A program made the position numbers and the translations under genes. Below are positions 48,601 to 59,172 of a stretch of DNA of 64,000 bases, piece by piece (positions within the stretch are counted from its first letter, which is position 1; every line of letters starts with the position of its first letter). Below the pieces are notes generated by a model. That model was not told where the DNA came from and ran no database searches. It worked only from the letters and a program-made list of their open reading frames with translations. The stretch comes from Balanoglossus misakiensis. Its lineage: Eukaryota > Animalia > Hemichordata. The stretch lies in contig CM082580.2 of the NCBI GenBank assembly GCA_040954595.2, positions 11,918,909 to 11,982,908 on the forward strand. Reading direction: 5' to 3'.

Positions 48601-51600
48601 ACACATGCAGTAGAAACTTTACAGACCACAGAGAAATATACAGTGATAGTTAGATTATATCATCTTCCATTGACAATTTACATGATTTCTTTTGTAGGAC
48701 CAATTTTCTGTTTGATCTGATGGCCTGTTTTCCAACTGAACTGATTGCATTCGCCATCTTTGGGTCATTCTCAGGTAATTATTCTCTGACAGTGTATGAA
48801 GCATATTGGCTTGTCTTGAATAATGAATTGTGTCCATAGCCCAGAACTAAGAAAATATTAAACTTTGTGTTTTTTCTTCGTCTCTGTTAGGATATGCTGT
48901 CCATGTATATGCTGTGGTCAGACTGAACCGATTACTTGGTGTTTATCGACTGGTAAGTCAGATAGGATAGATTTCTTTGAAATAGAATTTATCATCAAAT
49001 TTCAAATATTACAAGATGTACCCTTGAATTATTTGTGAGTGACATAGTCAGTTCAAAAGGTTTTTTTTTTCTACATTCTATTTAACAGCCACTTGCGTTC
49101 AACTACCTGGAATCTGGTGTGGAACATGAAACAGGCTTTATCAGGTTAGTGCTTACACTTCAAAGTACATTTTTTTGTATGTATAAACTTTTTAATTCAA
49201 ACCACAACAAAATCCATTACTCATCACTGTCAGAAATATCAATGCCATAGTTTAATTAAAAGCTAAAGTATATATTATAGATGTTTTCTTTCTAACTTTT
49301 CTTTCCTTTTTTCTGTCTTTCGTACAACTTATCTTTTCTGAAACAGAGAAGTGAAATTCCTCTTTTATCTCTTGATGTTCATCCATCTCTTGGCTTGTTT
49401 GTGGTTTGTCAACGCCTGTCCACCAATCTTTGACACCAATCCCACTGATGATACTCTGTCTGGAAGAATACAAACCAACTACCACATGTGCCTTAACACA
49501 TCATGGGCTTTCAAGTATACCGACTTTAACACCAGTAAGTCAAAGTTCCTGTCTTCTTGCTTACATTGTATCTGAACTCAAAATACGGGTCCTGTCTCTG
49601 CAGACTGTCCATTTCTTGTAAGGATAGGGTCCCTATCCTTGCAGTATATTGACCCCTAAAGATACATCTTTCCAAAACATCACTCTAACACATAATGACA
49701 TTTCTGTCTGTTTACTCAGAATGCTTGAAGTCAAAGCGTTCAACGTGTAATTTATTTTCGAGAAGTTCACTGAAGGGCTAAGCTTTCATTAAAAATGTTC
49801 ATTATGTCACAACAGTATATGGCAACTGCTTGTATATAATGATTGCAGGAGAAATACCTGACCTCGTTAAAATGCCACCAACATGACAGCATGACGTGTG
49901 ATCGCAAAGTCCTTGCGGGTTAAATTCCATCATCAATAATATAAGCATTGCCAGCAAGGAAATGAATATGTTTGCATACCAGGAATGACTTGGTTTCATC
50001 ACATCTATTAGTTAACTGATGATGTACAGCTGTGATTCAGCACATCCCACTCCCTCGATAATTACACATCTGACATTGTTTTCTGAAATTGTTTGCTGAA
50101 GGACACTATGAACTATTTTAAGATGGAGTAAAAACCAAAGGTTGCAACATAAATTAGGTGATGACATATCCAAATTATTCATATTAAATCCATAATACAT
50201 GTAGATCCATGACTCTTGTGGTCAGTTCAGACTTTTTTTAAATATCTTGATCAAAGTAAGTCATAATTGATATTTATTTGCATTGCAGCTGCTCAAAGTA
50301 TAGCTGGCCAGTACATAGTCAGTCTGTACTGGGCCTCTGCCACATGTGCTTCTGTAGGCTATGGAGACATCCATGCATTTAATGTTGGAGAGGTGAGAAA
50401 GCTTCATGTACCTCTAGCGTTGATTGTTAAAGCACATAATGGTTTTACGGGTTGTACATACTTCATGCGTGTTACTGCTTATGCAGATAGGTTTTTAGAA
50501 TTCCACACAGCATTCTGCTAGTCGTTTTTTCAGAAAATAACTTAAGAGTTCTTGCAGTGATGTAAACAGAATTGTAACTTGTCTTTCAGATGGTGATTGC
50601 CCTGATGTCTATGATAGTTGGTATTGTCTTCTTCGGTTACATCATTGCCAGCGTTGCTGCCAGTTTGGCTAACGCTGACGCACAGAGAGCTAGATATCAG
50701 GAAAAACTCACCGCTGTGAAAAGGTTCATGAAGGTAATTATCAACTTGAGCAACTATCAAAAATCTGTCAAAGGCTGACAATCTCCATGTGACCTAAAAG
50801 CAAATGAGCGCACTGCTTGGGATGATCGACCAATAGAATAAAAAAAAATAGAATATTTGTGTTCCATATAGCAGTCTTACATGCCTTTTTTCTTGTACAG
50901 GATCAGGATATGGACTATGAGTTGAGACATCGCGTTGTCAATTTCTACGATTACCTCTGGTTGCGGACCAAAGGTGTGGATCCAGATTCACTGTTTGATG
51001 GTCTGCCCCTCTCGCTCAAAGCTGATGTCACGCTCAGTCTGTACCAAGAAATCATCAACAAGGTAAAGTGACTCAGAGACAGTCAAACATTTAGAAGCTG
51101 TGGCTTTTAGCATTGTACAGTTAAACCTGTATAAACCAGAATATTTGTTACAAAATGCTTATTGTTTGTTCACAGGTACCATTGTTCCAAAATACTGAGA
51201 TCGGTTTCCAGAAGATGCTGTCCATGTGTATAAAACCCATCCTGTTTCTGGCCAAGGAATATGTCGTCAAGAAACATGACATAGGCAGTGAAGTGAGTTT
51301 ATTCATTCATTCATTCATTCATTCATTCATTCATTCATTCATTCAATTTTGCATAGATCGTTCACACAAAAAATGTGGTCAATAGATGCAAAAACAGTAA
51401 CCTCAAAGGAAGTAATGTAACTTTTTTGATGTCCTTTTCTTCAGATGTTTTTCATTCACCGCGGCGTGGTCGAAGTGGTCTCAGAAGATGGCAACATCGT
51501 CTTTGATACAATGCAAGCTGGGAGATTCTTCGGTGAAATCAGTTTGGTTTTCAGTGTACCCAGAACAGCATCTATCAGGTACAGCCATCTTTGAATCGTC

Positions 51601-54600
51601 ATCTCAGATTGTAATCTTTCTCCCTCATTTCTCTGCTTTAGGCAAGGTTGCTAAGGAGAATCTCACAACTGAAATACATTGTTCAATTGATTTTCTTTGA
51701 ATTGGTAACAAATTTCAAAATTCAAACGAAATGCTTGCAATTACAGAGCACAGAACAACTGTGACCTGTTTGTACTGACCAAAGAAGACCTGGACCGAGT
51801 ACTGACCCACTACCCGCTGATTAAGGATCAGATTCAAAAAGTGGCAGAAGAACGCATCAGTGCTGTCAGGAAGAGAAGCAAACAAAAAGCTAACGTTGCT
51901 CCCGTAAGTATATATGTCCATTACAAAAATGATCCATAGAACCCAATAGCTTTCTATGGATCTTGATGCTTCTGTAGAATCCAATAGAAAAATAGACCCA
52001 AACTACATAGAAATTAGTTATCTATAGATATCCATAGAAATTCTATAACTTCTATAGAAATTCAATGGGCTATAGAATTCTATAGATGTCTATCTATTTG
52101 CAAGAGGTGATACTGTAACATAAAACTGTCTCTGTAACTTACCGGTACACTCGATTCACGTTTTTTTGTTCTAAAAGGCCAAGCCATCCTCATCGGCCAC
52201 CAAACAAGACAAAATTGACGAAAAAGACGAATCCAAACCAGAGCCTCAAAAAGACGAATCGAAAAAAGACGAACCTAAGAAGAATGGACAGCCATCTCTT
52301 CCCGGTGCTCCTGGTAAGATACTTTTTGTCATTTCTCCTGAACTGCTCTAAGAATTTGATTGTTGGTAGATGTGTTGATGTCGTTTTGGAGGCAAATACA
52401 AGGACAAGTACCAGTTGTGTTCAGCTGCAAAGTGTGAGTGCATGGCTCATTAAAGACCAGAGAACTTTGATTTGAAATTGGCATGACGATGATGTATAGG
52501 ATTCATAATCTAGACACGCCCACTGTCTTCTCATTAGGGCCATCTACAACAGAAGACAATCAGATTGAACAGCTTGCATTGGACCTGTCATCCGAAGAAA
52601 CTCCAAGACCACGTGGCTGTTGCACCAAATTCTGTTCCAGGGAGAGATTCCGCAGCTGTCTGGCCGCCATCAAGAAATCCAACCGCTTCGTCTTGGACCC
52701 AAGTAGTAGATTTGTGCGCTACTTGAAATACTTGACCTGTTTGCTTGGCTTGTTCACATCCTGGACCATCATTTATGAGGTGAATTTCCTTTACAGATAC
52801 TCACGCTTACATAAATCCTTTTACTTAGGTTAACACAGATTTTGTCTTGATTTTGAGTTTGATCTACCCGGTACATTGGAAGAAAACTTTGCTTAATGAG
52901 AAAAAGTAACTTTCAAGTTCTGTTTTGTTTTGTTTTTTCTTCTGTCAGGCTGCTTTCCAACATCACCATCTTGGGATTCTTGTCTTCAGTTACCTTTGTG
53001 AAGGAATCTTCTGGTTTGAGGTAAGTAATTGTGCTTAAAAGACATGCATGTATCTCTTGCGTTTCATATTGAAGGTTAAAAGAAATCAATTATGGAGCAA
53101 AGCCATACTTGATGTATATTCTGCATTCTTAAGTGTAAATTTTAACTGACAGTACTTTTGCATTATCAAAATATCTGCGTCTGTCCATCAGATATACATC
53201 AAATTCCACGTCAGCTACAGTGACAAGTATGCAGAACTGGAGAAAGACTTTGTCAAAGTGTACAACCACTACTTCCGACAAACCAATGGTTTTCTGGTCG
53301 ATCTGATCGCTGCACTGCCCATCGATGTGTTTGCCGTCTTTGCCCGCACGGAGGAAACCCGACTGATGGTCCTCTCTTTGCTCAGACTGATCCATCTGTT
53401 GAGGCTCATCAGAGTCTCCAACTTTTTCACATCTTGGGAAAAAGAACTCAATATTAAGTAAGTTCAAGTTTCATACCAAAATGTATGCTGTGAAATATTT
53501 ACTCTATAAATATATATCTATACTCCACAAAGTATAGAATGTGGAAGATGTACATTGATTTATTGGAACACCAAATTACACATATATGTATCGTGGAATT
53601 TTGATTGAGAGATATTATGATAGGTATGCCCACAACTGATCGTCTTGATTGAAGGCAAATTTTGACTTGACACTAACATATACCTTTGTATTTATTTTCA
53701 GTGTACTCTTTGTCAGACTGAGTAAATTCTTTGTGGAGCTCTTCATGTTGATTCACTTGTTTGCTAGCATCTGGTATGTGATTGCTTGTCCATTGGGCAA
53801 CTGTATGGAAGGCACTTGGGCTGACCACGCTAGTAAGTCAATTTGAACACTTACAGATGCACATTACTCCTTTCTTTAAAAACCGACCCAAGCATTAACT
53901 AATGTCGGACACAATGATTTCCATCATCTGTAGATACTGCCAATATGGGAACATTAAGACAGTACTGTGATTGTATATACTGGTGTGTGGCTACTATGAC
54001 ATCTACTGGCTATGGTGATATACATGCTTATACTATTGGTGAAATGGGTAAGTTCATCCATGGATTGTTTCTCTCCCACATGAACATGACAACTATGTAT
54101 GTATACAGTAGCCCCTTCTCTTAGATCAGAGTTTGACGGCTTGATCTAGCTTCATTTTAATTTTTCCAATAAGTTTTTACACTCTCTTTGCAGTATTTGC
54201 CAGCTTCGTCATGATTGTCGGTCAACTCATCTTTGGTTTCATCCTCGGTAACATCGCTTCCACATTGGCAAATGAAGAGTCGAACAGAGTCGCTTATGAA
54301 GAACACCTGACAGCCATCAAGGTATTCAAAATAGAATTAACCTGTCTTCATTTTAAGTACCTTGCTAAACGTGAATGTGACCTCATCCTGGACCTCAAGA
54401 GGTTTTTGATTTGTACTGTTTCAGTGTCTAACTTAGTTTACAGTATTTACCCCACAGTTAAGTTTCTGACATTGTTTTGGTCTGCATTTGTTTACATTCA
54501 CAGGACCACATGAAAGACCAAAGCCTACCCAGCAAACTCCAAAAGAGAGTCGTCAGTTACTATGACTACATCTGGATGAGAAACAAGTGAGTTCTGTGAC

Positions 54601-55540
54601 CATATACCTGTAATTATAAATGTATGGTTTATACACAATTATTAGAGTAACTTCAAAGTTTAAGACTTTCCATGTTTTGTAATAGGCTTTCCATTAATAA
54701 CCTTAATTCTGTGAAAATAAATCTCTCAGTAATTAATGTCCACCTTCTTGACAACTGAAGTTATTCAACTCTGTTTCTGATTTTTTTGTTTTACAGGGGT
54801 GTAAATGAAAAAGAATTATTTAAAGATGCTCCATCCTGTATGCATGCTGAGATATGGCTGGGTCAATGTGAACATTTACTGAAAAAGGTGCGTATAATTT
54901 ATGACAAAAGTTGGAGTGTTATTATCATTGTGGGTAGTATTTCTGTCTGTCTCGCCACTATCTGTACCGCATTTTCAACCTGTATATTATACTTGTATTT
55001 CAGGTTCCTCTGTTCCGTGGTGCTGAAGAGAGTTTCTTCCGTACGTTGTCCCCCATTATGAGGCGAATTCTATTCATGCCTCAAGATTACATCGTCAGAC
55101 AAGGCGATGTTGGGGACGAGATGTATTTCATACATCGTGGAACTGTAAGTATTACATGAATGATGTAATGTAATTGGTTTATTTTATCAGATGAAAAAGT
55201 ATATACATAGGAATATTAGGAGTTCATAAACAAATGATTTAACCTACCTGTGTGTGTTTTGCAGGTGTCAAGAATGTCCGACAAGGACGAAACAAAAATT
55301 GCCAAAATACTGGACTTTGGGGACTATTTTGACGATATCAATTTGGTCTACGACGTGCCAAGAAGCTGTTCATACCAAGCAGTAAGTCACGTGGATGTGT
55401 ATGCATTGTCAAGAGATGACCTACAGAGCGTGCTCAGACACTACCCGATTGTCGAAGCTCAGATCAAGGACATCGCGTCGGAAATGTACGGCGAAGCCTC
55501 ATCATCGTACGCTGAGAATAACGGGGTCTATCTCGGATAG
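18985..55540 (+). CDS. CNGK: Four-repeat (24 TM) cyclic-nucleotide-gated K+-selective channel, CNGK/tetraKCNG type, about 44 exons and about 2,200 aa
   Basis: One continuous spliced frame with four S1-S6/C-linker/CNBD units. Pores: I YWAVATTTSTG|YGD (38424-38726), II YWAAATMSSTGYGD (~46183-46225), III YWASATCASVGYGD (~50327-50368), IV YWCVATMTSTGYGD (~53978-54019). CNBD cassettes: FGEVSLIFSMPRTH, FGEVGLIFGDYRTA, FGEISLVFSVPRTA, FDDINLVYDVPRSC. Exon 1 (18985-19486) joins in phase to 37721. Stop TAG at 55538-55540. Summed exons are about 6.6 kb. Confidence 0.92.
26322..26541. mobile_element. 220 bp non-autonomous DNA element with 9 bp target-site duplication
   Basis: GACCAAACG at 26313-26321 and 26542-26550 flanks TAGACTAG...CAAGTCTA (7/8 inverted match). 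Each end forms its own hairpin. Confidence 0.7.
29808..29836. repeat. Perfect palindrome
   Basis: TTCGGTGAAGTAG-AAT-CTACTTCACCGAA (13 bp arms). Confidence 0.8.
41849..42149. repeat. Minisatellite of ~35-37 bp units with shorter variants, in a CNGK intron
   Basis: Repeated CATGTGGGAAACA(TA)GTGTTATGCTCCCA(T/C)AGGATC, about 9 units. Confidence 0.9.
42681..42779 (+). CDS. Putative 99 nt cassette exon of CNGK (repeat II S1-S2 loop)
   Basis: TTTATTGCAG acceptor, GTGAGT donor, phase 1-1, open frame (V)NSIPMSVPNSAEQNRTFLMSPNESTNSSDISN. Confidence 0.6.
44280..44460. repeat. Degenerate (TACA/CATA)n low-complexity tract
   Basis: catacatac...tacatacatgcatacatatatatg...; explains the spurious ORFs at 44230-44516. 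Confidence 0.7.
44931..44959. repeat. Short inverted repeat (11 bp arms)
   Basis: CACAGTCCCTC-aaccatg-GAGGGACTGTG. Confidence 0.7.
45612..45715. repeat. (CT)n/(CTGT)n microsatellite
   Basis: Long ctctctct run around 45662-45690 with degenerate flanks. Confidence 0.85.
48228..48320. mobile_element. TTAA-flanked MITE-like repeat, copy 2 (with an expanded poly-C)
   Basis: TTAACCCTTTCAC...CCCAGTTCC..TAGAGG..TAGAAAAC..TTGGACCGAAC, similar to 7953-8040. The terminus TTAACCCTTTCAC also occurs at 37612. Confidence 0.55.
49620..49640. repeat. Perfect palindrome
   Basis: AAGGATAGGG-T-CCCTATCCTT. Confidence 0.7.
51299..51344. repeat. (TTCA)n microsatellite directly after a splice donor
   Basis: About 11 copies of ttca. 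Confidence 0.9.
51932..52097. repeat. Degenerate CTATAGA/CATAGAA satellite-like array
   Basis: Repeated catagaa/ctatagaa/tctatag motifs within a CNGK intron. Confidence 0.6.
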
Positions 55541-57600
55541 TTAGACAACTTTTCTTGCTATGCACTAGTCTTAAATACAGCAGAGACAGACGCATCTATC
55601 ACACATACCTTCTGTCAGGAATTCCTTTCTGGGCCAAAAATGAATGGCAAATAAAAACAACCTTGGCTACAAAAATATAAGGTCTATGTCTCAGGTTACC
55701 TGTAGAAATATATTTCGCTTTGCAAGCACAGTATTGTAAATAAGTGATGAGAATATTTTGACTTGCAATAACCACTGACTCATCCCTAAATCACTCATCT
55801 GTAGACTTTCCATTCTGTATCCGTAGAAATCAGGTTTAATTTCTCAGTTTTTCTGGTGTAGATTTATGTGGTAATTCTAGTTCTTCATCGTAAGACAAAG
55901 CATGACAGACAGACAGACGTACACACAGACATACACACTAAACCACCTACAAATCACAGAACATCTCTCAATTTCCATAATCAAGTCATAATTGTAGCTC
56001 CATATAAAGATAACACACAGAACCGTCTGTGAAAAAAATCCTATCAGAACATTTTTGCCATTCCTTTTGTCACGTCCAGACATCTCTGTTCATGAAGAGG
56101 AAAAATTGCATGTGTGACAATGATTTTGATTTCCATATCATATTTCTCTCTTCATGTCTGATCCTAGTATCTGAGCTGTCTTTCGGGGGCAATGCTATCA
56201 TGAAATATGGTTTTAAAAGGCATTTGTATATGTCAGATTAAAACATGAAAAAAAAAATTCACCTACTAGGAATTCATCACTTTGAGATCGGAAAGGTCAC
56301 CTTGAGAATGCTGTAATACTTACATGCCAAAGAAACTAATTTTTGTTTTGTTTCGAAATTTACATTGAATTACCAAGTGGGTTTTTATAAACTTCCATGT
56401 TTAAGGCAGGTGGAATTTTCTTTGTACCAAGTCGACTTCATTTTTTTCTTACATGTACAATGTGTACTCTACGGGGGTGTTTGATGTATTAACCCCTCAC
56501 GCGGCCAATGAATACTTTAGAGAGTATTTTAGCGAGCATTTTTGACGAGATTACAAAGTGGCTGACGGAAGAAGTGAATTTTAATAACAAGATTTCAAAG
56601 TGGCTGATCCAAAAATGGCAATAACTTGATTAGCATCCACACTGCCAAATAATGATCTTGTTATGTGAACATAAAGATGAAATATTAAAGATGTAATTTG
56701 TGTAAATATTTCCTCTGTGTAGCTAGCTCACACACCAATTTCACCAACATGTAACTCAAAGATTTCTGGTGATATAAAGATGTTGCCAGAGATGGGAATA
56801 ATATTTTGGGCTTAGTGCTTTGTACTAGTGCAATGAACAGAAAAATGTCAGTTTTGGATTTTTGGAATTACCATATCTGCTGACCTTTCAACTTTGGCAC
56901 TTTAATGGGGTGGGGGAAGTAGGTTAGCACATTGATTTGACCTTCAACTTTGCCAGGTCATCCTGGTACACAAATAATGTTGACATTGCAACTTTTATAC
57001 CTGCCGGGCAAAGATGATTTGACTTTCTCTGCCACGAAAGTCAGAGGAATACAAAGGAATATGTTGCTAATTCACAGATAGATGTGTCACCATAAACCAT
57101 ACTTTATGTAAGGATGTAATTTTTTTTACAGTATCAGGGCATAGGCCAAGTGTGGACAGTGCAATGTAGATATTTCAGCTTTGGCCAAAAAATCCTCACA
57201 ATTCTGGAAGTAGCTTCGTCGTGATAATCAATCTTAGACACGTATTTCATAAACGACTTAGAGAATATCATACAAATCTTTCAAAATCTGCTTGTACAGT
57301 TATCTGACGCGGACTCTGAACAAAGTAGTGCTACAGTGCAGTAACAAAATAATTATCAACAGTTGTAAACAATTTTTGTTTGTCTTTATTTATTGACCTT
57401 CAGTAAATTATGCAAGCCTCACTGCCAGAGGTTGAACAGTGTATGTACATGACTCTTTACTGCCCTTGGCAAAGGGATGTGTAATTATTGTAAATATTTT
57501 ACAATTTTGTTTTTTGAAATAAATTTGATGTGAATTTGAAATCGACATCTGATCGTGGATATGTTTATTGGGTGTTTATTCGGTTAATCCAATTAACTCC

Positions 57601-58519
57601 CCTGATCGGAAGCATATCCGAAGTTAGGAAGAGACGTAGTCATTTGCATCAGATTAGCATATGCGGTGATGTCATTTTCCCCAGAATGCATCATAATTTT
57701 TTAGCACGTGCTACATGAAAGGGGCAGCACAGCGCAGCCAGCGGCTGAAATGGGGCAGGGGAGAACTTCTGACCAATAAGCGATCAGGATCATTTCCCGG
57801 CCACACAGGTGCACGGTGCCTGACGATGTCGAACTGTCAACAGCTGTAAAGTTACAATATAAAAAAAAACAGGTGTTTTCAGCAACCCAGTGTGGTGACG
57901 TTGTGCGTGTATTGAAACCACGTGCTCCGTCCGTGGTGGAAAGCTCTCTCTCTCTGCAGTTTTTGTCGTCGTCTTTGGTTAGAACTTTGGTTATCAGAAG
58001 AACGAGTGCTTCTCCCGTTATATTCTGAGTCGGTCACTGGTGCGACGACGCCGCATTTTCCCCAGAACTTAACTTGCAGACGGCAGAACATTTATTTTTC
58101 TCGTCGTATAATTTACCCGTGGCATCAACGAGCGAACTTTGCATGGTCATGCCATGGTGTGACTGGTCAAGCCAACGTTGTGGTTCCGTTGTGGTCTGTT
58201 CTAAGTGTGCAGCGAGTTTAATAGCTCTGCATGGCAGGGCTGTGTGTCTTACGGCTATGCTTCTACAAATAGGCAGCCCTCCCTCACAAAGCTAGTCAAC
58301 AGAAAGTCGATACCGCACAGTTACTCTCTGGGCATGGTACTCCTCACCAGGTCACTGGAGCGAATATAGTAGCTCCACATAGTGATCAGAGTGCTGTCAC
58401 GTTATCGACTTTATTAGTCAGGTTCAGGGACAAGATCAAATCATTTTTAATGTTGGCCTAAAAAAATTAATCTCCAAGTTTCCCTGCTAGGTTTATGTTC
58501 ATTTGGTGGTCCGATCAGG
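57601..58519. other. CpG-rich island with promoter-like motifs between CNGK and KIF27 (ncRNA locus or mobile element)
   Basis: Octamer ATTTGCAT 57642-57649, SPH/ZNF143-like TTCCCCAGAATGCATC 57677-57692, CCAAT ~57773, TATAAA 57858, T5 at 57960-57964. A 10 bp inverted repeat CCTGATCGGA/TCCGATCAGG bounds the region. Confidence 0.35.
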
Positions 58520-59172
58520 CTTTTCTGTGACACTGTTCCGATGAAATGGCAATGTATGAGAATATACATTTCAAACTGGGCTTACCCATCACAAAATTGT
58601 TACTGTATTGTCCAAATCTACGTTTGGAGAGCTAGGGCTACCCACTCTCAAATTCCTTACATTATCTGTGTTGATTTGTGCACACATAAACAAACACACA
58701 CACACACACCAGTCTGCCAAGTTTGGTACAGTATACATTTATTGTAGACTTTGCCACATAACACTGGAGTAAATTTTCAATAATCAGTACATGTTTGTTT
58801 TTTGGAGAACAGATCTACAAAACAAAAATTCCAATATGTACAGGCTTTTGAGACATAACTTACAAAATTAATTACATCATTTGGTAATAATAATGCTCAA
58901 GTTAAAAAAATAAATGTACCAGATAGGATGGAATACACATGGACAAAACATTGTTGCAAATGTGCATCAAAAAATACACTGTCACAGCATACAGTAGTGC
59001 ACACACTTAAATCATGGCAAAATCAAGAAAACTTGCGCATTCTACAAAAAAAGCAGAAAAGCTAAGCAGACTTAGTCCTCTATTGACTGAATGAGCCGCT
59101 GATGTTCATCTGTTGTCATCATTTTCTGGACACGTCTTCTGCTTTCTGCAAAGATGTGATTAGTGGTATTGT

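Noticed and set aside
57880-58450. Telomerase RNA or 7SK candidate
   Set aside because: No CTAACCCT-type template, no clear P6.1 or H/ACA elements, and no 7SK-like GATC 5' stem arrangement.
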